Assembly: GCA_964016885.1 (NCBI GenBank)
Contig: CAXHJY010000654.1
Coordinates: 1 to 54,000, forward strand
Length of the DNA stretch: 54,000 nt
DNA from: Eledone cirrhosa
Taxonomy: Eukaryota
Direction: 5' to 3'
Shown here one piece after another: positions 11,769 to 40,169 of this stretch (its first letter is position 1; each line of letters starts with the position of its first letter). The translations under genes and the position numbers were made by a program. The notes under the pieces are model-generated. The model was given only the letters and a program-made list of their open reading frames with translations, made no database searches and was not told where the DNA came from.

Positions 11769-11809
<41 letters not shown>

Positions 11810-11940
11810 TATACATGTATATATATATATATATACATCTATACATACATGTATATATATATACATCTATACATCTATACATACATGTATATATATATAC
11901 ATCTATACATCTATACATACATGTATATATATATACATCT

Positions 11941-11985
<45 letters not shown>

Positions 11986-11986
11986 T

Positions 11987-12017
<31 letters not shown>

Positions 12018-12358
12018 CATCTATACATACATGTATATATATATACATCTATACATACATGTATATATATATATATACATCTATACATGTATATATATAT
12101 ATATATATACATCTATACATACATATATATATATATATACATCTATACATGTATATATATATATACATCTATACATGTATATATATATATACATCTATAC
12201 ATGTATATATATATATATATATACATCTAAACATGTATATATATATATACATCTATACATGTATATATATATATACATCTATACATGTATATATATATAT
12301 ACATCTATACATGTATATATATATATACATCTATACATGTATATATATATATACATCT

Positions 12359-12400
<42 letters not shown>

Positions 12401-12453
12401 ACATATATATATATACATGTATACATCTATATATATATATATATATATATATA
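11521..12453. repeat. Degenerate (TA)n microsatellite with CATCTATACAT motif
   Basis: Same motif as 9541-10930. Confidence 0.95.
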
Positions 12454-13437
12454 TAACTTTGAATAACTTTGAAATGTTTTGGCCAGTATTGGCCCAGGCC
12501 ATGTCTAACTTAATAGCACCACCTGGCGAAGTCTTTCAATTCAGGATTTGGGCACCATGGCCCATTCGAGAAGAGAATTACTGTTTGCGGAGACATATCC
12601 GGGTGTGGGTGGTTTGTCCGGGATTACTTGGAGGAATTTGTCCAAAGACTTCTTGAATTTTGTGTGGTCAGTTTCTGTTTTGACGTGTCCTGGTGTGATG
12701 TTGAAGAGAGCAGGGCCGATTGAGGTGAAATAATTGTGCCGTATTGTTGTTATGAGTTGCGATTTAGATTTTTGAATGGGACGGATAGCACGGGGCCCAA
12801 GCCTTGGGTGTATCTTGAAGGCAATGCCAACATCATTTGGGCAGTGATGATGGAACATTTTCCACATCATGCAGATAATATAACGCTCACGGCGATGTTG
12901 GAGTGAGTAAAGTTTCAGGTTTTCCAATCGACCCCAGTAGTCAAGGTCTGACATGCCATCTATCTTTTTCGTGATTGCCCTTTGAGGAGCTTCAAGTTTC
13001 ATGATACTTTGTTTCGTGTGGGGAGACCACAGTGGACAACAGTATTCAAGGTGTGGTCGGGCAAAAGTAGAGAAGAGAAGGATAATGGTGCGGGAATCTC
13101 TCGACTGGAAGGTTCTGAGGATCCAGGAACACATTCTGCGGGCCATGTCAACTTTGCTGCTTATATGCGTGGTCCAGCTTATGTTGCTGTCCACGGTTAC
13201 TCCCAAGTCTCTGATGTTGTTAGATGCCACGAGAGTTTCCCCGGAGGGAAGGGAGTACGGGAGTTTCAGAGCATCCTCTTTTCCAAAGTGGATCAGTTCG
13301 AATTTGTCTTCGTTCAGTAACATGTTGTTGTTTTCTGCCCATTGGGTAACAGCCAGTAGGTCTGACTGAAGGCTTATCCGGTCATCCACGCCATTGATGA
13401 CCTTTTGGAGCTTGGAATCATCAGCGAAAATTTTAAT
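12454..13437 (-). mobile_element. CR1/L2-group LINE family A, 5'-truncated
   Basis: FADDSKL...RDLGV...[13 protein letters not shown]...WAMVPKS; near-identical to 42520-43510; (TTCAAAGTTA)2 tail. Confidence 0.95.
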
Positions 13438-13557
13438 ATATATTTTAATATATATATATATACACATATGTATATATATACATATATATACATATACACA
13501 TATGTATATATACATATATATACATATACACATATGTATATATACATATATATACAC

Positions 13558-13632
<75 letters not shown>

Positions 13633-13646
13633 TACACATATGTATA

Positions 13647-13684
<38 letters not shown>

Positions 13685-13697
13685 CATATATATACAC

Positions 13698-13734
<37 letters not shown>

Positions 13735-13749
13735 TACATATATATACAC

Positions 13750-13786
<37 letters not shown>

Positions 13787-13969
13787 TACATATATATACA
13801 CATATGTATATATATATATATACATATATACATATATACATATATATACACATATGTATATATATATATATATATATACATATATATATACATATGTATA
13901 TATATATATATACATATATACATATATACATATATATACACATATGTATATATATATATATATATATAC

Positions 13970-14002
<33 letters not shown>

Positions 14003-14381
14003 CATATATATACACATATGTATATATATATATATATATATATACATATATATATACATATATATATATATATTATATATACATATATATACACATATGT
14101 ATATATATATATATACATATATATATATACATATATATATACATATACATATATATATACATATACATATATATATATATACATATACATATACATATAT
14201 ATATACATATATATATACATATATATACATATATATATACATATACATATATATATATATATAACAAAGGAAATGTGGTAAGGAACCAGGTGGACCATAA
14301 CGCACCAAAGTACTCAATACTTGAGGTAGTAGAGTGGGTAATAGGAACCAGTAAGATCCCGACAGCTGAGCTCAAGCCGTT

Positions 14382-14449
<68 letters not shown>

Positions 14450-14450
14450 T
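13438..14450. repeat. Degenerate (TA)n microsatellite containing a 120-bp unique island at 14264-14383
   Basis: TA/TAC runs. Confidence 0.9.
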
Positions 14451-14710
14451 CATCATCACCGTTTTACGTCCGTTCTTCCACGCTAGCATGGGTTAGACGG
14501 GTTGTCCTGTTGTGGGCAGTGTCTGGTCGGCTGACCATGCCTTGCTCATACAGGAACTGATCTGGCTTGATTTCTACAGCTGGATGCCCTTCCTAACACC
14601 AACCTCATTTACAGTGAGTGCTGGGTGCTTTTTCGTGGCGCCTACACGTCCACTTTACAGTGTGGGCTGGGTGCTTTTTTGCCGTGGCACCTCCACGACC
14701 ACCTTGCAGT
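14449..14710 (-). mobile_element. SINE family 2 3' module with alternative RTE-type tail
   Basis: GTTAGGAAGGGCATCCAGCTGTAGAAATCAAGCCAG motif; tail CCGTCTAACCCATGCTAGCGTGGAAGAACGGACGTAAAACG followed by GTGATGATG. Confidence 0.8.
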
Positions 14711-14751
14711 GGGGGGGGGGGGGGGGGGGGGGGGCATATTGTTTATATGCT

Positions 14752-16218
14752 TCAGCATGTACCCATGGGAGGTCGGGTACCCTGTATTACTGCGTGACGC
14801 CAGAAGTCACGGTCGTGTGTCATTGACTTTGAGAGGTGTAGTTGGGTAAGGTCGGCTTTTATCACCTCATCCCAAGTCATCTTGGGTCTCCCCACTCCGC
14901 GGTTTCCATCAACTTCTAGTGCTCTGCACCTTTTTATGCAGCTGTCATCCTTCATACGCATCACATGTCCATACCAGCGTAACCGCCTCTCCTGCACGCA
15001 GCATTTGATTCCTCTTATGCTCAGTCTCTCTCTCAATTCATTTATGCTTTGTCGTTCACGTATATTACTGTTACACATCCATCGGAGCATGCAGGCTTCG
15101 TTTCTCTCTAATCTACGTAAGTCTTCCACCTTCAGCGCCCAGGTCTCACTACCATGCAACATCGCTGTTCGGATACACGCATCATACAGTCTGCCTTTCA
15201 TTCTGAGGGAGAAGCCTTTTGCAGCTAGCAGTGGCAGTAGTTCCCTAAACTTCTTCCATCCCGTTCTTACCCTAGTTATTGTACTTTCTGAGCACCCACC
15301 TCCGTTGCTAATTCGGTCACCTAGGTAGCAGAAGCTGTCTACTGTTTCTACAGGGCCCTCCCAGAGATTGGTGGTACTTGTTTCCTGTGGCTGTTTGCTT
15401 GCTGTTTCAGCACAGCTGCTGCATGTGAATCCTACATTCTTAATTAAGCTTCCTGAGATCCCGCTACATCTCTTGTGTACCCATTGTTTGCATTTGGGGC
15501 AAAGAATGGAGTTCCTACCTACACCTTTCCTACATACTGAGCAAGGCCATTTCCCTGAGGGGATCTGGGTTCTGTTTTCTCGTCTACTTATAAGGACCTT
15601 AGTCTTTGTCATGTTGACTTTGAGGCCCTTTCTCTCTAGTCCCTGCTTCCAGGTTTGGAATTTATTCTCTAGTTCTACCATAGATTCAGCTATGAGTGCG
15701 AGGTCATCAGCATACAGGAGTTCCCATGGGCATCCGGTCTTAAACTCCTCCGTTATTGCCTGCAGGACTATGATGAACAGGAGAGGGCTAAGAACAGAGC
15801 CCTGGTGGACCCCAACCTGTACGCTAAATTCCTCGCTATACTCATTGCCAATCCTAACTTTGCTGACTGCTCCCCTATACATGGCTTGTACCGCTTTCAC
15901 AAGCCATTCATCTACTCCTAGTTTTCTAAGAGCCCACCAGATTACTGCACGTGGAACTCTGTCAAAGGCTTTCTCAAGGTCGACAAATGCCAAGTAGAGT
16001 GGCTTACTTTTAGCTAGGTACTTTTCCTGTAATTGCCTCACAAGGAAGAGCGCATCAGTGGTGCCTCTCCCTGGTACAAACCCAAATTGCATCTCGTCTA
16101 TATTCACCCGGTCCCTAATCAGCTGTGCTATAACTCTTTCTGTTACTTTCATGACCTGGTCCATCAACTTTATACCTCTATAGTTTCCTCTATCTAGTGC
16201 ATCGCCTTTACCTTTGTA
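14752..16218 (-). mobile_element. RTE-clade LINE, 5'-truncated, uninterrupted RT frame with internal PHD finger
   Basis: [59 protein letters not shown]. Confidence 0.95.
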
Positions 16219-20792
<4,574 letters not shown>

Positions 20793-22245
20793 GTATAAAA
20801 CTGATAGATCAGGTTATGAAAGTGGCAGAAAGGATTTTAGCACAACTAATTAGAGAAAGGGTCAAACTAGATGAGATGCAGTTTGGTTTTGTGCTGGAAG
20901 AGTACAACAGATGCCCTCTTCTTGGTGAGACAAATGCAAGAGAGGTTCTTAGAGAAGAATAAGCCACTATACTTAGCCTTTGTTGACCTAGAGAAGGCCT
21001 TTGATAGGGTACCCCGATCTGTCATCTGGTGGTCCCTAAGGAAGCTGGGTGTTGAGGAATGGCTTGTAAGGACAGTGCAAACTTTGTACAGAGGTACTCT
21101 CAGTAAAGTCAGGGTAGGAATGGAGTTTAGTGAGGAATTCCAGATACAAGTAGGAGTACATCAGGGTTCGGTCCTCAGCCCGCTCTTGTTCATTATAGTC
21201 CTCCAAGCCATAACAGAGGAGTTTAAGACTGGCTGTCATGGGAACTTCTCTATGCTGACGACCTGGCTCTTATGGCAGAATCAGTAGAGGAGCTAGAGAA
21301 TAAATTCCGGCTATGGAAACAGCAGTTGGAAGCAAGAGGACTGAGAGTAAATCTAGCTAAGACAAAAGTGTTGATGAGTAGAAAAGAGGACAAAACCCTG
21401 ATTCCGTCAGGGAAATGGCCATGTTCGATATGCAGAAAAGGAACTGGCATAAATTCTATAAAATGCACACAATGTAGGTCCTGGGTACACAAGAGATGTA
21501 GCGGGATAGCAGGCAAACTAACAGGTAGGGAGAAATATGTATGCAGTAGATGTACAGGGAAATTAGACAGTAGAAGTCGCACAGATAGACACATTTTTCA
21601 AATGCGAGAGGGCGCTATAGAAGTGGTGGATAGCTTCCGGTACCTAGGAGATCAGATTAGCATGGGAGGAGGGTGTTCCGAGGCCATAGTATCTAGAATA
21701 AGGACGGGTTGGAAGAAGTTTAGGGAGCTGCTTCCTCTGTTGACGAAGAAGGGTTTCTCCCTGCGTACGAAAGGCCGGTTGTATGATGCCTGTGTGAGGA
21801 GCGCGATGCTGCATGGTAGTGAGACATGGGCAGCTACCGCAGAAGATATGCGACGGCTGGAGAGAAATGAGGCAAGCATGCTCCGTTGGATGTGCAGTGT
21901 AAATGTGCGTGAACGACCCAGCATAAATGTGTTGAGAGAGAAACTGTGTCTGAGAGGGATAGAATGTAGTGTACGGGAGAGGAGACTGAGGTGGTATGGT
22001 CATGTGATGCGCATGGAGGATGACCGATGGGTGAAGAAGTGCCAGGAAATGCCAGTTGAAGGAAGACGTGGTAGAGGTAGACCACGAAAAACATGGGCGG
22101 AGGTGGTGAGAACAGACCTCAGATCATTGAAGCTCACGGTGGAGATGACGAGGGACCGTGACGAGTGGAGGGATGCTGTGCTGAATGGGACCCGTCCCAC
22201 CCTTGCAAGCAGGGAAAAGCGGACGTAAAATGATGATGATGATGA
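20793..22245 (+). mobile_element. RTE-clade LINE, 5'-truncated, with internal PHD finger and (ATG)n tail
   Basis: Same RT motifs as 14752-16218; frameshifts near 20893-20903 and 21237; ORF ends at 22228 within the tail. Confidence 0.95.
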
Positions 22246-26085
<3,840 letters not shown>

Positions 26086-26237
26086 ACAGAATTAATATCT
26101 AGTAACATATATATACATACAGATGCATATCAATGGCTAGGAATTCAGTCGACACTTTGCTATTTTCTATCCACTGAATTATTTTTGAATAAGTTTCCAG
26201 AGTCCCCGCTTTGCCTGGATACTTAGATGAGAATAGT

Positions 26238-26317
26238 CTTCCCTGACGACGAAATGATTCTCTATGTTTTCTTCGGAAAATATATTTATTCCATTTCAGA
26301 AACTAATTAGTTGGAAG
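26238..26317 (+). ncRNA. Minimal type I hammerhead-like motif
   Basis: CTTCC CTGACGA C GAAATG..CATTTC A GAAA CTAATTAG TT GGAAG; palindromic ACTAATTAGT stem III. Confidence 0.65.
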
Positions 26318-26955
26318 TGATATTTTAGTAAGTTAATTTTATAATTTTCTTATTTTACGTCTCTCATATTATTGTTGTGCAACCCCATGCATTGAACCAC
26401 AAAGTTACTAAGACAAAACCTATATATTTGCTAGCACCACCACTACGATGGTGGCGGGAGGGATGAAGAAAAAACACAAACTGGATACTTCTAAATTGTT
26501 AGCAGCAGCAAGATATAAGCTGACCACTACACCAACAACAGTACCAAAATAATGGTGGAGGTCAAATGTACTGAACAATAGCAGGCAAAAACACTACAGG
26601 GAGCCTCACCCCAGAAAAAATTCTATAGACTTCTGACTGAGGAATGCTCTCAGAACTGACCAATGGGAAGTTTGACACTTTTTTTGTTATTTTGTTCCTT
26701 TAACACCTTGTCCCTTCTACCATTTTATCAATTTTTAAGCTAACTCCAACAATAACAACACTTAGAATGAGGAATGTTCTAATAACTGACCAATGAGAGA
26801 CGGGGACCTTTGACACTGAAATTCGTTTGTTTAAATTCATATGACTCCAGTTCCTCAGTGAATTAACAACCCAACAAGGAACTGGGCATATCAGAGTATT
26901 GACAATATTATACACCTAAACAACATATGTACTTGTCTATACCATACTAATTCAA

Positions 26956-27010
26956 ACTGCCTGAAGAGGTCACAGCCAAAGATGGCTGTCACTGAAATAT
27001 ATATAGCAGT
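26956..27010 (+). ncRNA. Minimal type I hammerhead ribozyme (Penelope-type)
   Basis: ACTGC CTGAAGA GGTCACAGCC AAAGAT GGCTGTCACT GAAA TATATA TA GCAGT, followed by AATAAA. Confidence 0.8.
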
Positions 27011-27165
27011 AATAAACGAAGCTAAATTTTAATCATTTGACTTTTATTTAACTTTATTTAACACTACTCCGGAGTAACCAAACCAACCTGCGCACTTCGT
27101 CGAGTGCTCCAGCCTGCATACTGAGGTGTTGGTATACAACCAACATAAACTCAAAATCATGTATA

Positions 27166-27198
<33 letters not shown>

Positions 27199-27199
<1 letters not shown>

Positions 27200-27942
27200 C
27201 TCTTTTACCTGTTTCAGCCATCCGGCTGAGGCCATGCTGGGGCACCGCCCTTGTTGCTACACATTTTATCTCCAGCCTGTATAGGTTGGCCACTGGTGTA
27301 GGAGGGAGTTTGTTGCTGCTGCCCTTAGGTTTCCCTCGTGTCTTGCTGTGGGCTCATCCGGGATCCTGGATAACAAGGTGTCGAGATGTTTCTTAAAGAC
27401 ATCCACCTCCACGTCATGCAAGTCTCTCAGATGCCTCGGCAGCCTGTTGAAGAGTTTAGGGCCCTTGAATCCCAGGCTATTGCAATACCTGCTCCTTATT
27501 CTAGATGTGGAAGACGGGACCTTTGGCACCACACAGTGACGTCCTGTTCGACGGTTGGTCCAGCTCCCAATGCCAAAGTTTGGTGCTAGTCCCTCCAGGA
27601 TTTTCCACATGTAGATCACTGCGTATCTCTCCCGTCTTTGCTTCAAGGAGTAGAGGTTCAGTTCCTTTAGCCTCTCCCAGTAGCTTGTCTCCCTCATCTT
27701 GGCAATCCTCTTGGTGTAGCTTCGCTGGATTGCCTCAAGCTCCGTGGTTAGTTTGACACTATGGGGTGACCACAGCTGGGAGCAGTAGTCCAGGCGGCTT
27801 AGGACAAAAGTCCTCCACAGTGTCAACATGGTGTCTCTATCTCTTGTAAGGAAAGTCCTCAAGATCCAGCCAGCGAATCGTCTACATGTTGTCGCCACCT
27901 TCATGATGTGTGAAGAAAAAGATGCATCATCGCTCATGTCTA
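27199..27942 (-). mobile_element. CR1/L2-group LINE family B, 5'-truncated
   Basis: [12 protein letters not shown]...; near-identical to 36340-37087; AAAAGAGTA tail. Confidence 0.95.
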
Positions 27943-28393
27943 GCTAACAAGCTTGAAACTAGTACATCGTTCCTGTGTCAGTGTTGAACAAAAAGGTGAC
28001 GTGGTTGCCTTAACACCGTATGGCATAAATTCAGGCTGTTCAGTTTGTTGACAAACGAACAAAGCAGCGCTATAATAAGCGCCTGCTAAACTGATGCGTG
28101 CATATATGTATGTGTACCTGCATGTATGTATATATATATATATATATATGCATGCTACTGTACGTCTGTATACATATATGTATGTACGTATACATACATA
28201 CTTACATTTAAGTAAGTGCCATACTAAGAGTGAGAAATGAAATTTCGTTTTTCGTTTTCATTTTTTTCAACTTATCGTTTTCGGTATGCCTGACCGATTT
28301 AACTCACTCAATATGCAAATTAGGCTGCTCAGCCGTTAATTTTCATAAGGAAAGTATATACTTTCGAACGTTCAACTATCTGGCAGATGGGTA

Positions 28394-28438
28394 AACGGTG
28401 CTGATGATAGCTAACAAGCTTGAAACTAGTACATCGTT
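28394..28438 (+). ncRNA. Hammerhead ribozyme, unit 1
   Basis: AACGGTG CTGATGA TAGCTAACAAGCTT GAAA CTAG TA CATCGTT; predicted cut after 28431. Confidence 0.8.
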
Positions 28439-28854
28439 CCTGTGTCAGTGTTGAACAAAAAGGTGACGTGGTTGCCTTAACACCGTATGGCATAAATTCA
28501 GGCTGTTCAGTTTGTTGACAAACGAACAAAGCAGCGCTATAATAAGCGCCTGCTAAACTGATGCGTGCATATATGTATGTGTACCTGCATGTATGTATAT
28601 ATATATATATGCATGCTACTGTACGTCTGTATACATATATGTATGTACGTATACATACATACTTACATTTAAGTAAGTGCCATACTAAGAGTGAGAAATG
28701 AAATTTCGTTTTTCGTTTTCATTTTTTTCAACTTATCGTTTTCGGTATGCCTGACCGATTTAACTCACTCAATATGCAAATTAGGCTGCTCAGCCGTTAA
28801 TTTTCATAAGGAAAGTATATACTTTCGAACGTTCAACTATCTGGCAGATGGGTA

Positions 28855-28899
28855 AACGGTGCTGATGATAGCTAACAAGCTTGAAACTAGTACATCGTT
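28855..28899 (+). ncRNA. Hammerhead ribozyme, unit 2
   Basis: Identical motif; predicted cut after 28892. Confidence 0.8.
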
Positions 28900-29315
28900 C
28901 CTGTGTCAGTGTTGAACAAAAAGGTGACGTGGTTGCCTTAACACCGTATGGCATAAATTCAGGCTGTTCAGTTTGTTGACAAACGAACAAAGCAGCGCTA
29001 TAATAAGCGCCTGCTAAACTGATGCGTGCATATATGTATGTGTACCTGCATGTATGTATATATATATATATGCATGCTACTGTACGTCTGTATACATATA
29101 TGTATGTACGTATACATACATACTTACATTTAAGTAAGTGCCATACTAAGAGTGAGAAATGAAATTTCGTTTTTCGTTTTCATTCTTTTCAACTTATCGT
29201 TTTCGGTATGCCTGACCGATTTAACTCACTCAATATGCAAATTAGGCTGCTCAGCCGTTAATTTTCATAAGGAAAGTATATACTTTCGAACGTTCAACTA
29301 TCTGGCAGATGGGTA

Positions 29316-29360
29316 AACGGTGCTGATGATAGCTAACAAGCTTGAAACTAGTACATCGTT
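29316..29360 (+). ncRNA. Hammerhead ribozyme, unit 3
   Basis: Identical motif; predicted cut after 29353. Confidence 0.8.
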
Positions 29361-29776
29361 CCTGTGTCAGTGTTGAACAAAAAGGTGACGTGGTTGCCTT
29401 AACACCGTATGGCATAAATTCAGGCTGTTCAGTTTGTTGACAAACGAACAAAGCAGCGCTATAATAAGCGCCTGCTAAACTGATGCGTGCATATATGTAT
29501 GTGTACCTGCATGTATGTATATATATATATATGCATGCTACTGTACGTCTGTATACATATATGTATGTACGTATACATACATACTTACATTTAAGTAAGT
29601 GCCATACTAAGAGTGAGAAATGAAATTTCGTTTTTCGTTTTCATTTTTTTCAACTTATCGTTTTCGGTATGCCTGACCGATTTAACTCACTCAATATGCA
29701 AATTAGGCTGCTCAGCCGTTAATTTTCATAAGGAAAGTATATACTTTCGAACGTTCAACTATCTGGCAGATGGGTA

Positions 29777-29821
29777 AACGGTGCTGATGATAGCTAACAA
29801 GCTTGAAACTAGTACATCGTT
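29777..29821 (+). ncRNA. Hammerhead ribozyme, unit 4
   Basis: Identical motif; predicted cut after 29814. Confidence 0.8.
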
Positions 29822-30015
29822 CCTGTGTCAGTGTTGAACAAAAAGGTGACGTGGTTGCCTTAACACCGTATGGCATAAATTCAGGCTGTTCAGTTTGTTG
29901 ACAAACGAACAAAGCAGCGCTATAATAAGCGCCTGCTAAACTGATGCGTGCATATATGTATGTGTACCTGCATGTATGTATATATATATATGCATGCTAC
30001 TGTACGTCTGTATAC

Positions 30016-35456
<5,441 letters not shown>

Positions 35457-37087
35457 ATTCCCAGCAGTTCTCCTAAAAATATGTAAGCGGGCCTTAGCAA
35501 CTCCACTGAAGATGCTCTTCAGAAGCTCCTTGGCTAGCGGTGTACTACCCAGGGAGCTGAAAGAAGGCACAATATGCCCTATCCATAAAGGAGGTAGTAG
35601 AGCGGAGGCCAAGAACTATAGGCCAGTCTCCCTGACGTCGCATATCAGTAAGGTCATGGAGCGAGTCGTCAGAAAGAAACTAATCACTTTCCTCGAAGAA
35701 AATGACCGCCTGACTAGCACGCAACATGGCTTCCGCCCAGGAAGAAGCTGCCTTACACAGCTGCTACATCACTACGACTGGGTACTGAGACAGCTACTAG
35801 ACAGCTCACATGTAGACGTGATATATCTTGACTTTGCGAAGGCCTTTGACAAGGTCGACCACGGAATGATATGTCACAAACTACACGGACTCGGCATAAC
35901 TGGAAAAGTAGGTGAGTGGCTGCATGGCTTCCTGAGGGACAGAAGCCAGGCAGTCGCAGCAAATGGGGCTCTCTCGAGGGAAACACCGATAACAAGTGGG
36001 GTGCCTCAGGGGACAGTCCTGGGACCACTACTGTTTTTGGTGGCTCTCTCGGACATGCCCTCTGTGGTGCATGCAACAACATCCCTCACTAGCTATGCTG
36101 ATGACACTAAGGTAGCACAGGCAATCAAAAACCCGGCTGACACTGCCCTCTTACAGCAGGATCTGGATGCCATATACAGATGGGCGGAAGAAAACAACAT
36201 GCAGTTTAATGCTGGCAAATTCCAAGCCCTACAATACAAACCTGCAAACACAAACACAAATATAGCGGAACACAGCTACACAGGACCAGGAGGGACCGAT
36301 ATCCCCGTGTCAAAATCGATACGAGACCTGGGCATAGACATGAGCGATGATGCATCTTTTTCTTCACACATCATGAAGGTGGCGACAGCATGTAGACGAT
36401 TCGCTGGCTGGATCTTGAGGACTTTCCTTACAAGAGATCGAGACACCATGTTGACACTGTGGAGGACTTTTGTCCTAAGCCGCCTGGACTACTGCTCCCA
36501 GCTGTGGTCACCCCATAGTGTCAAACTAACCACAGAGCTTGAGGCAATCCAGCGAAGCTACACCAAGAGGATTGCCAAGATGAGGGAGACAAGCTACTGG
36601 GAGAGGCTGAAGGAACTGAACCTCTACTCCTTGGAGCGAAGACGGGAGAGATACGCAGTGATCTACATGTGGAAAATCCTGGAGGGACTAGCACCAAACT
36701 TTGCCATTGGGAGCTGGACCAACCGTCGAACAGGACGTCACTGTGTGGTGCCAAAGGTCCCGTCTTCCACATCTAGAATAAGGAGCAGGTATTGCAATAG
36801 CCTGGGATTCAAGGGCCCTCAACTCTTCAACAGGCTGCCGAGGCATCTGCGAGACTTGCATGACGTGGAGGTGGATGTCTTTAAGAAACATCTCGACACC
36901 TTGTTATCCAGGATCCCGGATGAGCCCACAGCAAGACATGAGGGAAACCTAAGGGCAGCAGCAACAAACTCCCTCCTACACCAGTGGCCAACCTATACAG
37001 GCTGGAGATAAAGTGTGTAGCAGCAAGGGCGGTGCCCCAGCATGGCCTCAGCCGGATGGCTGAAACAGGTAAAAGAGTAAAAGAGTA
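35457..37087 (+). mobile_element. CR1/L2-group LINE family B, 5'-truncated, uninterrupted RT frame to stop at 37011
   Basis: [46 protein letters not shown]; tail (AAAAGAGT)2. Confidence 0.95.

Positions 37088-40169
<3,082 letters not shown>

Larger units (their letters stand above)
27941..30015 (+). repeat. 461-bp tandem repeat (~4.5 units), each unit with a hammerhead ribozyme; candidate non-LTR retrozyme array
   Basis: CTGATGA cores at 28401, 28862, 29323 and 29784 (461-bp period); truncated core at 27941; units nearly identical. Confidence 0.9.

Noticed and set aside
28329-28529. 66-aa ORF repeated in each 461-bp unit (minus strand)
   Set aside because: Non-ATG start, no recognisable domain, antisense to the ribozyme; identity only reflects repeat identity
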